54,753 nt of DNA, taken from NCBI GenBank assembly GCA_032718475.1, contig JAUCBJ010001630.1, positions 1 to 54,753 on the forward strand. The letters run 5' to 3'. Below the pieces are notes generated by a model. That model saw only the letters and a list, made by a program, of their open reading frames with translations. It did not search any database and had not been told where the DNA came from. The stretch comes from Nemertoderma westbladi. Lineage: Eukaryota; Animalia; Xenacoelomorpha. Both the position numbers and the translations under genes were made by a program. Positions 11,499-23,416 of the stretch are shown here, piece by piece; the first letter of the stretch is position 1, and each line of letters starts with the position of its first letter.

Positions 11499-14400
11499 TT
11501 ACGTTATGGAGTCCCTAGATATTTGTCGGATTAGGGAAGTGGTCGTAGGAAGAGTATCTTGCCTTCCATAGTTTCCGGACAGTTTTCGGTCTCTTTCCAG
11601 TAAACATAAACGACCAGCTGGGCGATTGAGTGGTTGTGTTACTTTCTCCGCTCCCTTGGCCTGTCTAATCTTAGCCGGGGTAAGATGAGGAGGCCATTCA
11701 TCTTCTTCTTTGTAGAGGAAGTCAGGTCCGCCTAACCAGTCTGGAGTATCTACCAGTTCTTGTGGAGTAGCTCCCCTGGAGGCGATGTCTGCTGGATTGA
11801 TCGTTCCGGGGCAATGTCTCCATTGATCCATCGTTGTGCGACTGAGTATAATAGCTACTCTGTTGGTAACGAAGACGCTGAACTGACAGACTTCATTGGT
11901 TATATACTCCAACACGAGTAAAGCGTCGGTCCAATAGACAGTTTTCTCCAACGGATAATCGATCTGTTCTGTTACATTCCGGCCGATGGCTGTAGCGTAT
12001 AGAGCCGCTTTTAACTCCACTCGAGGAACTTTCAACTTGTTGTTTATCAATGCCTTAGAGGTAACCAAGGCGACCTTGATTCCATCCGGAGTTTCCACTC
12101 TTAGGTAGGCTACTATACCTATTCCCATATCGCTGGCGTCTCTAAACACATGGAGTTGATAGGAATACGTAGGGAGAACATGACCAAAATATGAACGGGA
12201 AATTATAAAGTTCTCGATGGCTGGTAGAGAATCTTCCCATTTCATCCACTTCTTTAATAATTCTCCCTTAAGTGGATCGTCCCATGAGTGGTTTTCAAGC
12301 CACATTTGTTGTACTAAACTCCGAGCAATCAATATAACTGGGCTAATAAATCCCAATGGATCGAAATAAGTGCTCAGGATACTTAAACAAATCCGTTTAG
12401 TCCGAACTGGATTATCTCGCTGTTTTAGCTGGAAAAACAGGATATCTCTCTCTGTGTCCCATTTCAAACCAAGTGTCTTGGTTTCTGGAAGATCATCTTT
12501 GATTAGATCTAGGTCTTTCGCTCCTCGATCTTCTACCGGGATCGACTCCAGAAACTCATGGGAGTTGCTGGTGAATTTAGTTAATCGAAATCCACCTCTT
12601 TTTAAGCACTCTACCGTTCCTTTAGCGACAGCAATGGCTTCTTCGACTGATGGAAGGGACTTTAGATTGTCGTCCATGTATATATCCCGTTTGATGTTGT
12701 CAATCACCTCTTTAGAGAAGACTTCTCGGTTGTCATCCGCAGTGGTGCGCACCACTGAACAGGCGTTTGAAGGGCTTGAGATTATCCCAAAAGCCTGGAT
12801 GGTCATCCAGTACTCCACTGGTTTCTGGTTGAGGTCTCCTTCAGGCCACCACAGAAATCGTAGGCTATCTCGATCCCTATCCAGCGCCTTGACCTGTAAG
12901 AACATGCCTTCTATATCTGAGGCGAAAGCGATTGAATATTGTCTTAATCTTAAGAGTATTCCCAACAAGGATTGGAGTAAGTTGGGTCCGGGTAACAATT
13001 CGGAATTAAGGGATTGGCCCATATAGAGGGCGGAGCCGTCAAACACCACTCGTACCTCATGGGGTTTACTGGGTTTGGGAACGTAATGGTGAGTTAAATA
13101 ATACATTCTCTCAGTTATAGGTGTTTCTTCCGGTACTCGCTCCACATATCCCTTGCTAATAAATTTCTTCAACTGCGTTTGATACATTTCTTTAGCTGAA
13201 GAATTTGCCGTAAGGCATTGATGTAGTTGAGCAATTCTTTTCTCCGCCAAGGGTCTGTTGTTTATGAACTTTGGTTCTCGCTTTCGGAAAGGTAGACCGA
13301 TTTCATATCTACCTTGATCTTTAAGAAAACGTGTAGTTGTCTCTTGGATCTGCTTGGCTCTTTCTTCTTCTACGGATAGGGCCTTATCGTAGGAATTGGG
13401 CTCTACAGCCTCTTGAGTAAAGAATCGTACGGCGTGTTCATCCCGAGTCTTGGCATTACAACGTTCAATGACGTCATTCAGTTCGTCGTTATAGTCGTCT
13501 CGTTCTGATGGACGGAGTAGCTGACATAAGTTCACTTGGTTTTGCCAAGTCTCGTTTTCCTTAAGGAGATCAATGGTATTCTCCTCATCGAAGAGTTGGT
13601 GGACATCGTCATTATTTGAGGAGTATGGTGTTCCCTCAGTTGGATCGTCTAACTCACTGCTCTCAACTTCCCATTCTCTTACCTGATATACCTGATCTTT
13701 CGGTAATCTTTCCATGAGAGTTCTACGGGAAGGGCCAGTAAAGTACCAACCCACTCTAGTTCTTCCCGCATAAGCTTGTAGTGGTTGCGGTTGAGCAGGC
13801 CGTTTCTCCAATGTCTCGAGCGCTTCATGTGCGTTTTGACCGATGAGTATTTGCACTCCAGGGTAATCGGTGTTGAATCTAGGTATTTCGAGCTGCTGGG
13901 TGAAATCGTCCTCATCCCAGTTATAAGGTTCCACTTGGCTGGTAGCGAAGTTCTTTATCGCAACCATTTTTACTGACCTTATACTATGTTCTCCTAGTTC
14001 ATCCTGGGGGGTGGACAACGCACCTACATAATAATCCGCTATTACTGTAGATTTCCAAACCTGCATAATTCCTGACATGTTTAGCTTAGTTCGGAACTTG
14101 GGTTGTCCAGCAAAGATGTCTTCGGCTAGTTCTTTGTCGATGAATGTTCCTGTACTACCGGAGTCAAGAAGGGCGTTCACTATATAACTCCTTTTAGGTC
14201 CGTGGACCCTTAACTGTACTACAGGAAATTCTCGGATTCCTACATTGGAAGTTGGCGCTTTCCAAGATGGTTGTCGATCAGAAGTAGTTAGGGTGAGGTC
14301 GCTGTCTGTGTCTTTTTCATACGTAAGTGCTCGATACACTGCGGTATTTATCATGTAACAGGATTCATCTTCGTCGGAGAATTCATCCGTATAGAATCCT

Positions 14401-17400
14401 TCCATCTCAGAACTTTGGTCAGTATCGTTCACATCACTGAATTGGACATGTAGTTCGGAATCACTTACCTGACTCGGGCTGTTTCGTTCGAATTCAGTGT
14501 GCAACAAGATATGATGTTTCGCACCGCACTTTGCACACCTTGTGTCGGAGTAACAGGTTCGCCGTTGGTGTCCTTGTCTGAGGCAATTATAACACAACCG
14601 CTTATCCCACATGACTTCCCGTCTCTCCGTTAATGATTTCTTCAGGAATTCATCACACATATTCAAACGGTGGGTCCCGTCACATAGCGCACATTTCGGT
14701 TTGATGTTACTTATCTTATTTTGAATAACATTGTGCACACTCGTTCTTTCTTCGGGCTTTCTCACCTGAATTCTCTTGGGAGACGTAGGAGGAGTTTTTC
14801 TTACCTGTTCTCTCCTGTCATTGGTTCGAGACTTGAATTTACTTACCTGTTCTTTAGGCGTTTTATTGACATAATAAGATCTTTCAGTGTCTTTCCCGCT
14901 ATCCTCTCCTTGAGAAGTCTGGCTTTCGCCGTCGTCTGTATAACACACTGGTGTTACCTTTCTCCTAGAAACGGGTTTCTCACTTACCTTGTTTTCCGGT
15001 GTCTTCTCTCTGGACTGCTTTAGGAGCTGTAATTTCACTTCTCCATCTAAGAATGACATGAGATCAGCCATGGTAGGGTCTCGTCGTTGTTGTTCCATCA
15101 TATATAACACTTTCTTATCCCAGCGTGTACCTACTCCACCCTTCGGTAAATTAGAAGCCACGGCTCCAATAACCATAGAACTCTGATATTCATGAGACTT
15201 ACCTAACCAATCTAATTGTCTACAGATCTCTTGAATCTCATCGGAAAACTCTATTATCCCGCTGCTAATGAACTTTCGGGGCGCTACTAATTTTGCATAT
15301 AAATATTTAGCTATGTTATTCCTATTACCATACCTGATGTTTAGTGTATCCCAAACTTGTCTTAATCCATCTGGATGTCCAATAAACTTTAACGCCATTA
15401 ACTTGGGAGATCCTTCCAAGCACTCGATGAGGAATCTAAGTTTCTCTCCATTAGATAGTACAGAGTTCTGTATGTTATCTTTGTAATATTCATTAAAAGG
15501 TAACCATTTCATCTCATCTCCATTGAACTTGACTATCTCTCCCACCTTTACCGCTTGACGGGCTTCGGTTCTAGCCATTTGCCGCGTAAAACTTTCTTGG
15601 GCCATTGTGTTATTTAATATCGAGTTATCGGTATATAAATTTCTCGGATTATTATCAAGTCTATATGGGATATCATTGTCAACAGGTTTATAATTACCCT
15701 TAATAGGGTTTACTATAGGAGTTTCCACTTCGCTAGCAGTATAGATGCGTGTAGGCTCCACACCTTGCGCATGAAATACTTCAGACCTAACAGGTTGACA
15801 CATTGTTACCGGGGTTGGTGGTATACTTCTTTGTGTATTTACTAATTTATCGCGTTCTAACGCGATACTTTGCTGCACTTCTTGCAACTCTAACCTACTT
15901 TCCCTTACTGTGCCCTTGAATTGCTGAACAGTCTCCTGCATCTGCCCGAGCAGGAGATCCATCCCCCGTCGTCTCTCATCCACCCACTCGACCGCCGAAG
16001 CGGGAGCCGCCAACGTTGTAGCGGGCCGACGAGGGACAACGGGCGACAAATCATTAATATTTCGCTCGGAGTCCAGGACATGAACATTTTCAAGGGTGGT
16101 TCTGTGTGGCACAGATAGCTTAGTGCTGTGCAGAGGGAATTTAGAGGTAGGTTCAGGGAGTACAGGTGTCTCTATCACCGAAGGGGTGGCTTCGGGAACA
16201 GGCCTAATTATTTCAGGCTCATCTACTATAGTAGGGAGTCTTTCTATTTTAATTATTTGGTCTGTGGGTTCTGTACTACCTAAGTTTGTGTTATTTAGTT
16301 GCTTTCTAACAGCTGGGGGCAAATCAGGCAATTTCTGACGGTGGGATATTCTTCTACGTCTGCTTAGACGAGATCTATTTCCTCCGCCTTCAGTATCGGT
16401 GGTATCGCCTTCCTCAGATGATGTATATCCCTGTCTTTTGGGAGTAGATCGACTCATCATCTGCATATTACTAGCTGTTAACTGTTTATTGAAGTTGTCT
16501 TGCCTCTCTTGAAGATTTTCCAACTCTAGTTGGGTTGTCTCTTCAGATGCCTTCCGTTCTGCTTCTGCCACTGCTAGCTTTCTTTCCGCTTCGGCCGCTG
16601 CCACTGCCGCTGCTGCTGTCTTTCTATCTTCTATACGTTTTTTCTTTACTTGTACTTCTTGAACCTTAGCGATGCGGATGCTTTCATTGAATTTAGCTTG
16701 GTTCGCAGCTAACCTATCCACATCGATTGAGTCCAACACAAGCTTGACTCCTTCACTATTAGGGCTAAGTCCATCTAGTCTTCTCCTCAACTCTTCATCT
16801 CCTACAAAACGTTGATAGTCCGACAGATAGATGTCAATAGCATCCCTCTTATGCGGTTTCTCCACCGCCGCTTCACTTTCCACTTGGGAAAATGTGGCGT
16901 CTGTGGATTCTCCAAGGGTTGAGCGCTCCGCTAACTGAGATTTCCACGGGGCAGTTCTTTGAACTTGGAGACTCACCCGCTGTAACCAAGTTTTTACGGC
17001 AACTTGCAACGACGTGTCCTGTTTTCTTTTCGAAGCCTCCTCAAAGGCCGATAGGATTAGTCTGATTCTTAGAATTCTTTCTCGAACTTGATAAAGTAGT
17101 TCTCCCTGCTCTTGAGGTCCTTGTGATTGTCTAAACAATTGTTCTTCTAATCGCTCCATGGAGCTGAAGAATCCCTGTACGTATCCAGCTGCGGACCTCT
17201 TCCACACAGCTGGATCGATGGTTTCCTTGATTACTCCCATCCTGTTTATGTCTTCCCAGGCAGCTTCTGATAAATCAAACGGGAGTCCGGGTCCGGGGAA
17301 GTTCCATTGCGACTCGACAATAGACTTCAGTTCTTCCCTTGTGTATCCCGCATAACTATCTTTAGTCGATCGCTTATTTCTCGCCCAATCGATCTGGTGT

Positions 17401-17795
17401 TCTTCCACCGCAATCAATAACCTAGTGAGTACGGCTGCAGGAAGGATGAGAAGGGGGTCCGAATAAACCGCATCTGTCATCTTTGCTCCGTGCTCGGGTG
17501 TCAGCTCTACAGTATCCGCACTACTGGAGCTGTCGGGCCGCTGAGAAACAAGTTCTTGGCTCGCGGGTTGTTGCTGTTCTGCTGCTTCTTGGTCCCGCTT
17601 GACCTGAGCTCTAGTGCCTATGACAGACCTACGGTGTTGGACTAGCCTAGGGTCTGATATTACTACTGGAGGGATGATCTTTCTTACAGTAGGAGGTGAG
17701 TTGAACTTCGGTCTCACACGTTCCACACTCCTGTCTGGGTCACAGATGGTTGTATCTAAGAGACTGTCTGACAGGTTTTGCTTTGTGTCAGACAT
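11499..17795 (-). CDS. gag-pol: BEL/Pao Gag-protease-RT-RNase H polyprotein lacking integrase
   Basis: Gag region (KFNGDEMKWLPF), three Cys/His knuckles (CALC..H....C, CYNCLRQGH....C, CAKCGAKHHILLH), LLDSGS protease, RVVFDGS/DIEGMFLQV/YMDD RT, HVFRDAS...ELKAA...WTD...NPADIASRG RNase H. Confidence 0.95.
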   Translation of the reverse strand: MSDTKQNLSDSLLDTTICDPDRSVERVRPKFNSPPTVRKIIPPVVISDPRLVQHRRSVIGTRAQVKRDQEAAEQQQPASQELVSQRPDSSSSADTVELTPEHGAKMTDAVYSDPLLILPAAVLTRLLIAVEEHQIDWARNKRSTKDSYAGYTREELKSIVESQWNFPGPGLPFDLSEAAWEDINRMGVIKETIDPAVWKRSAAGYVQGFFSSMERLEEQLFRQSQGPQEQGELLYQVRERILRIRLILSAFEEASKRKQDTSLQVAVKTWLQRVSLQVQRTAPWKSQLAERSTLGESTDATFSQVESEAAVEKPHKRDAIDIYLSDYQRFVGDEELRRRLDGLSPNSEGVKLVLDSIDVDRLAANQAKFNESIRIAKVQEVQVKKKRIEDRKTAAAAVAAAEAERKLAVAEAERKASEETTQLELENLQERQDNFNKQLTASNMQMMSRSTPKRQGYTSSEEGDTTDTEGGGNRSRLSRRRRISHRQKLPDLPPAVRKQLNNTNLGSTEPTDQIIKIERLPTIVDEPEIIRPVPEATPSVIETPVLPEPTSKFPLHSTKLSVPHRTTLENVHVLDSERNINDLSPVVPRRPATTLAAPASAVEWVDERRRGMDLLLGQMQETVQQFKGTVRESRLELQEVQQSIALERDKLVNTQRSIPPTPVTMCQPVRSEVFHAQGVEPTRIYTASEVETPIVNPIKGNYKPVDNDIPYRLDNNPRNLYTDNSILNNTMAQESFTRQMARTEARQAVKVGEIVKFNGDEMKWLPFNEYYKDNIQNSVLSNGEKLRFLIECLEGSPKLMALKFIGHPDGLRQVWDTLNIRYGNRNNIAKYLYAKLVAPRKFISSGIIEFSDEIQEICRQLDWLGKSHEYQSSMVIGAVASNLPKGGVGTRWDKKVLYMMEQQRRDPTMADLMSFLDGEVKLQLLKQSREKTPENKVSEKPVSRRKVTPVCYTDDGESQTSQGEDSGKDTERSYYVNKTPKEQVSKFKSRTNDRREQVRKTPPTSPKRIQVRKPEERTSVHNVIQNKISNIKPKCALCDGTHRLNMCDEFLKKSLTERREVMWDKRLCYNCLRQGHQRRTCYSDTRCAKCGAKHHILLHTEFERNSPSQVSDSELHVQFSDVNDTDQSSEMEGFYTDEFSDEDESCYMINTAVYRALTYEKDTDSDLTLTTSDRQPSWKAPTSNVGIREFPVVQLRVHGPKRSYIVNALLDSGSTGTFIDKELAEDIFAGQPKFRTKLNMSGIMQVWKSTVIADYYVGALSTPQDELGEHSIRSVKMVAIKNFATSQVEPYNWDEDDFTQQLEIPRFNTDYPGVQILIGQNAHEALETLEKRPAQPQPLQAYAGRTRVGWYFTGPSRRTLMERLPKDQVYQVREWEVESSELDDPTEGTPYSSNNDDVHQLFDEENTIDLLKENETWQNQVNLCQLLRPSERDDYNDELNDVIERCNAKTRDEHAVRFFTQEAVEPNSYDKALSVEEERAKQIQETTTRFLKDQGRYEIGLPFRKREPKFINNRPLAEKRIAQLHQCLTANSSAKEMYQTQLKKFISKGYVERVPEETPITERMYYLTHHYVPKPSKPHEVRVVFDGSALYMGQSLNSELLPGPNLLQSLLGILLRLRQYSIAFASDIEGMFLQVKALDRDRDSLRFLWWPEGDLNQKPVEYWMTIQAFGIISSPSNACSVVRTTADDNREVFSKEVIDNIKRDIYMDDNLKSLPSVEEAIAVAKGTVECLKRGGFRLTKFTSNSHEFLESIPVEDRGAKDLDLIKDDLPETKTLGLKWDTERDILFFQLKQRDNPVRTKRICLSILSTYFDPLGFISPVILIARSLVQQMWLENHSWDDPLKGELLKKWMKWEDSLPAIENFIISRSYFGHVLPTYSYQLHVFRDASDMGIGIVAYLRVETPDGIKVALVTSKALINNKLKVPRVELKAALYATAIGRNVTEQIDYPLEKTVYWTDALLVLEYITNEVCQFSVFVTNRVAIILSRTTMDQWRHCPGTINPADIASRGATPQELVDTPDWLGGPDFLYKEEDEWPPHLTPAKIRQAKGAEKVTQPLNRPAGRLCLLERDRKLSGNYGRQDTLPTTTSLIRQISRDSIT

Positions 17796-17924
17796 GTTTG
17801 TTTGTACAGTTGAATGCCTACTGCTATATTAAAGTTTAAGCAAGTCTAGTAATTCAGTATCACTGTTAGCCTAGTAATTAATTACCGATACTGCTACTCA
17901 GTGTAGCGTAATATATATATAATA

Positions 17925-18305
17925 TATTAGAATACCGGTATGCTTATAATATATATATATAAGTATTGTCACAGACTAGGTTTGTCACAGAATACCAGTA
18001 TATAATTTTAGCACAAATATATAAATATATATAATAGGCCTATCGTGAATACTGGTATACAGCTTACACTTATAGTATATATAAGTATAATTATTAACTA
18101 GAATTAATTACAGAATACCGGTATAATTTCAGCCTAAATTTATAAATATATAATAGGCCTATCGTGAATACTGGTATACAGCTTACACTTATAATGTATA
18201 TATATAAGTATAATTACAGACTAGAATTAATTACAGAATACCGGTATATAATTTAGCCTAAATTTATAGAAATAAATATAATAAGCCTATGGTAAATACC
18301 GGTAT
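17925..18305. repeat. ~120-bp degenerate tandem repeats in the BEL 5' UTR
   Basis: Recurring AGAATACCGGTAT...GGCCTATCGTGAATACTGGTATACAGCTTACAC. Confidence 0.7.
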
Positions 18306-19254
18306 GTCAATTATTTTAGAATAATTGAATTTCTGAAATTTTAGGGGTTACTTGGTTACTTTGCTTTACTTGATTACCGTTATTTAAGCAGTAGTCCAAC
18401 TGATATTTAGACCTAATTGTTGTAAGACAGGCCTACTATTTTATAAATCGGTTTGAGTTGATTTATAATATATATACCCGTTAAAATGGGTTTTTGTCAA
18501 TATTTGAAATAAATGTTATTATTTCTGGGGGGAGTCACTACACAGAAGCTGTGCGCTCTCAGTGGAGTGCTACTTGTTGGACACTAAAACAAATAATTCT
18601 AATTTACCTAAGTTACTTAATACTACAAATTACATACAATTCGGGTGAGATTACAATCTCTAAATAAACACAAAAATTACAAGTACGAATTTTTAGGGTA
18701 ATTTTACAAGAAGTCTACAAACCAGCCTAACAAAGGGTTAGAATATCTGGTTATTACAAAGGACAGGGTACTACGGTATTTGAAAATAATAAGTAGTAGT
18801 AAATATACTGCGTTGTCCAGATAGGAAAAATACCACCGTCTGACGACTTATAGCCGTATCGCTATAAGTACTACGTTATGTATCACGGAGTGTTCCTACC
18901 TAGAAGTTAATTACCGCGGTCTACCAGAACCAACGTGCCTATTAACCACTTTACAACACAAATATACTGCCCACACACTAATCACCTTCGGAAAGTACTG
19001 TACACTAAACCCTAAATTAGGTACAAGTACTTATACAACAAATAATCAGTAGTTAAAAATACTTGAACAGCTAAAAGAACCACGGTATCTGCTGGAGTGA
19101 TCGGGGCACAAAATCACCAGTCTTTACCTACGCCAAGCAGCCCTGATGTAGTACCGGGGTTAGTTTAACTATAACGGTATATATAACAAGCACAATTACT
19201 GTAGGAATAAACTTGGGGATATGAATGTTGCGAATAATCGCATAAACTCTGAAT

Positions 19255-19826
19255 AATAAATATTACGCTACGCGTACAGACTACTCAAACAAAATGCAGA
19301 CCAAATACTGACAGACTACTATCAAGCCTAAACAAACTACGGTATATGCAGACTCCGAAATGGTTAGTTAGTATGCGTTCTAACCCAGTAGTACGACTTA
19401 TTCTTTCGAGGGGGTTTACCTCACAGCTCTGGAAGCCCCTACGTTCCCAACTGGCACTTTATCGGACATACACTCTACACACACCGAAATCTCTTCAGAC
19501 CTAACAACAGCCAGACAAAATCCAGCCTACAAATTATCTAAGTAATAAATATTACGCTACCCGTACAGACTACACAAACAAAATACAGACCAAACGCTGG
19601 CAGACTACTATCAAGCCTAAATAAACTACAGTATATGCAGACTCCGAAATGGTTAGTTAGTATGCGTTCTAACCGAGTAGTACGACTTATTCTTTCGAGG
19701 GGGTTCACCTCACAGCACTGGCAGCCCCTACTTTCCTAACTAGTACTTTTTCGGACATACGCTCTACACACTCTACAGTCCCTTCAGACTTAACCACAGT
19801 CAGACAACAGTCCAGCCTACAAATTG
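19255..19826. repeat. ~290-bp tandem duplication in the BEL 5' UTR
   Basis: AATAAATATTACGCTAC...CAGCCTACAAATT starting at 19255 and again at 19544. Confidence 0.85.
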
Positions 19827-20165
19827 TCTGTACAATCTGAGCAGGCTTACACGCCTTCTGCTCAATACTGGCCTACAAATAAATAAAACTGACAGAAATA
19901 AGTAAGCTCCAAAAGAAACAAGGGGTGTACGTCAGTCCCTAATCTCTTAAACAGCCTACTGGTATACAATTTCACAATCGAATAATACTGCTGTACCTGT
20001 ACTGCTGTAGGTACCGGTCCGGGTGGTTAGGTAGTCAGGCCTACTAGGTACCGGTTGGCCGGTACTTCAGCTTTATTGCCTACTGCAATACAGAAGCTAT
20101 ATCTGTTATTGTTCTTACCAGAACAATAGTAAACTGTATTTATTGCCTACACTGCAATCAGAATT

Positions 20166-20176
20166 ATAACTGTTAC
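20166..20176 (-). other. Non-tRNA primer-binding site candidate GTAACAGTTAT
   Basis: Directly follows the 5' LTR on the minus strand, has no TGG, and is exactly complementary to ATAACTGTTAC within the LTR (20912-20902 on the minus strand). Confidence 0.55.
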
Positions 20177-21342
20177 TGTTCGCGCTTTTAAGACCTTTGG
20201 CAGTTTAACCCGCCAAATCTATATGTCTTCTAGGTTATAAATCGACTTTAGCCTATGACAAGTATTTGACACAAATAAATCCAACATTAGCCGAAGCCAG
20301 TCTATGCGCGACCATTCACCCGCTGGATATACCCGGGAGACTGGATTCGGATGCTTTAATTTGATTGCGGTGCAGGCCTACCGTACTATTCGATTGATCG
20401 TTAATATATAATCCTGACAAATATCATTCACTTTCGGGAAATATTAGCAGTTCCTTTAGGACGTGGCGCTCTATCTATATAAACAGAGCTATGGCTTACA
20501 CTAAACACAACGGAATGGATTATAAGTTACACATAAGGCGCATTCTTTAGGAGATGCTTTGTTACGCGGACAAGCACATACAGACTATTGCACACCGCTG
20601 CACACTGAATTGCCGATAGTCACTGATTTTAATCATATATAAAGAGAATAGCAACCGACATTTGTAGGGCCTATAAAATAGCATTCAATTCACTACAAAC
20701 CACGATAATATAAGTCGCAATTGCTATATGTAACCGGTCTCTCTAACCTTAGTGTATCAAGAAGATCGGGGTTTCTGATCGTTTATCGTTATTCTCCAAA
20801 TAACAATATGTAAACAACTGATACAATTAATAACAAACAGTAAATAGCAGTAAATAATGTGCAATACAGCAGTAGGTACCGTACCGTACCGTACCGTACT
20901 GGTAACAGTTATGTGTTCTTATAATTAAAGCCGTTCTAATGTTGGAATAATTCAGAATAATTCCATAGCCGATGTTCTAGGCTCTGGAAAAACCAACACA
21001 CTGAACCCTGTGAGCTGTTGCAGGTAGCTTTCAACACAAAGAGGAAAAGCTCTCATTGGCAGAGCTCCATATTCCACAGATTCCACGAATGTCTAAATGC
21101 CGAACTATTCGGGTTTTTGCAGCCCTTAGCCAACACACAGGATGAATCACTCTGCTTGGTTGACCTTGCTCTGGTTGGTGGATCGAACAGAACAAAGAGG
21201 CCATACGTACAGCAAATCAGCCAATCAGCCGGTAGCTTGCATCATTTGAGTTAGGGAGTTTTTCTTTAGAGTATTTGAGCGCATTGAGGGAAACTGGATT
21301 GCGAAGCAAAAGGGCCAGTTATATCCCACAAAAGCTTTTACA
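20177..21342 (-). repeat. 5' LTR of BEL element (1166 bp)
   Basis: Near-identical to 5959-7125, followed by TSD CTATG. Confidence 0.95.
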
Positions 21343-21575
21343 CTATGCCTCAGTGAGGCATAGTATATGCCTGAGTGAGGCATAGTCTATGCCTCAGTGA
21401 GTCATAGTCTATGCCTCAGTGCCTCAGTGAGGCATAGTCTATGCCTCAGTGCCTCAGTGAGGCATAGTCTATGCCTCAGTGCCTCAGTGAGGCCTAGTCT
21501 ATGCCTCAGTGCCTCAGTGAGGCATAGTCTATGCCTCAGTGAGGCTTAGTCTATGCCTCAGTGAGGCATAGTCTA
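21343..21575. repeat. Palindromic 22-bp satellite (another patch at ~21986-22118)
   Basis: AGTGAGGCATAGTCTATGCCTC units. Confidence 0.9.
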
Positions 21576-22624
21576 TTTATTAATACCTATTTATTTATAT
21601 TTAATTTTAATTAATTATTTGTATTTAATTTTACTTTATTTACCTATTTTTAGATTAATTAGTTTTTATATTACTCTTATCTATATCCAGAGAGCTTTAA
21701 CGTTGACCTTTGACCCCCAATTAGCTTCAACCAAGCAACAGCTTATTAATAATAGTTGTATCCAAGCGCCCCGCCCCCCTCTCGTGACACCTCTGATTAC
21801 TAATTACTCTTACCTATATCCAGCCGTCTGCAGTTCCATAGTCTGCCGCTAGAGGGCGTATGATCTGAAAATTAACATCTTCTCTAACTTTGCTATTTTC
21901 ATTCCGAATAGGTTTAAACTCGGTAGGCATCTACTACGGCATAGGCCATATCTTTTGCGGAGTCATAGAGTAGTCTGAAGTTCCCTGCCTCAGTGAGGCA
22001 TAGTCTATGCCTCAATGCCTCAGTGAGGCATAGTCTATGCCTCAGTGCCTCAGTGAGGCATAGTCTATGCCTCAGTGCCTCAGTGAGGCATAGTCTATGC
22101 CTCAGTGAGGCATAGTCTGTGTCAGGTCTTAAATGAGAGTCTTACAAATCCGAACGTCAACGAACAAATTCGAACGTTGAGGCTAACGTTCCACCTTGGT
22201 GTAGTAGTGGTTGCGTTGAATTCACATCTCCCGTATGTCATGGGTTCGATCCCTGCATGAACCAGGGCAGTTTTCGTTCGGTCAGCAATAGGCATAACGT
22301 TGCAAAATGCAGTATTATTGCCTAGTGACCACTTCATGGCTACCATATGGTTTTCACTTTGAAACATTTCGCCCTCTAGCGGCAGACTGGGAACTTCAGA
22401 ATACTCTGTGACTCTGCAAAAGATATAGCCCATATTGTAATAGATATCGATTGGGGTGTCAAAATTAAGTAATAATATATCTAAATAAGTCTCAAACATC
22501 TTGCCTCATGGCTCGCCCCTTAGAACTCTTAAGCAATATAACTTCATGTTTTGCGGATTGTAAATAATAAAGCTAGAGAAGATGTTTATTTTCAAATAAT
22601 ACGCCCTCTAGCGGCAGTATAATA

Positions 22625-22880
22625 ATATATTATAATAGGGTTACCAGTATTTCCAATATTATAATAGGGTTACCAGTATTACCAATATTATAATAGGGTT
22701 ACCAGTATTACCAATATTATAATAGGGTTAACAGTATTACCAATATTATAATAGGGTTACCAGTATTACCAATATTATAATAGGGTTACCAGTATTAGCA
22801 ATATTATAATAGGGTTACCAGTATTTCCAATATTATAATAGGGTTACCAGTATTACCAATATTATAATAGTGTTACCAGT
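22625..22880 (+). repeat. 29-bp minisatellite (AATATTATAATAGGGTTACCAGTATTACC)n, ~9 units
   Basis: Period 29 read directly. Confidence 0.9.
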
Positions 22881-23416
22881 TCTGTAAGTGTTTGTGTAGC
22901 TGCTGATCTTCAAGCATTTCTCTGCGATCATCTGGACAATGACTTTTCTGGAGTGCTGAGTGTGTAAAGGTAAACTCTATGGTAATTGGAGAAGATGCAT
23001 GGCGCCGTGTATTTCAGTAGTTTCTGATTCTTTATTTTCCATGTATATTGATTGAATTCCATCGATTTTTGAGATTTTCAATGAATCTATGGATCTTTTG
23101 TTTTATAGTGTTTATCACAAGATCACTTTGATGGTTCAAAGATCCTGGGATATATAGTTAACATATTGCTATAGAGTTTTTCTGAAAACATTTCGGAATG
23201 ACGATGATGGTTCTGTGCTTCATTATCATAAAGAAAACTTTTTATAATAAGTGATTGCTTGTTTATAAATAAGAAACAAGCTGCAATATTGAAATATTTA
23301 CTGTACGGTAAATAAAGTATTCTTTATTTACTGTTCGTCCCGAGATCTATTATTTACCGACCGAGCGCAGCGAGGGTGGTAAATAAGTCGGATCGAGGGG
23401 CGAAAGGTACTAGTAC

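Larger units (their letters stand above)
5959..21342 (-). mobile_element. Full-length BEL/Pao LTR retrotransposon, integrase-deleted
   Basis: Two LTRs with TG...CA ends, 5-bp TSD CTATG (5954-5958 and 21343-21347), internal gag-PR-RT-RNaseH ORF of BEL type. Confidence 0.95.

Noticed and set aside
12370-13026. 218-aa antisense ORF conserved at 52202-52858
   Set aside because: Antisense to RT; conservation is explained by the sense-strand constraint
23335-23414. Helitron-like end (TATTTACC...GAGCGCAGCGAG...GGTAAATA hairpin then CTAGT)
   Set aside because: No matching 5' end or second copy in the window; too weak to call
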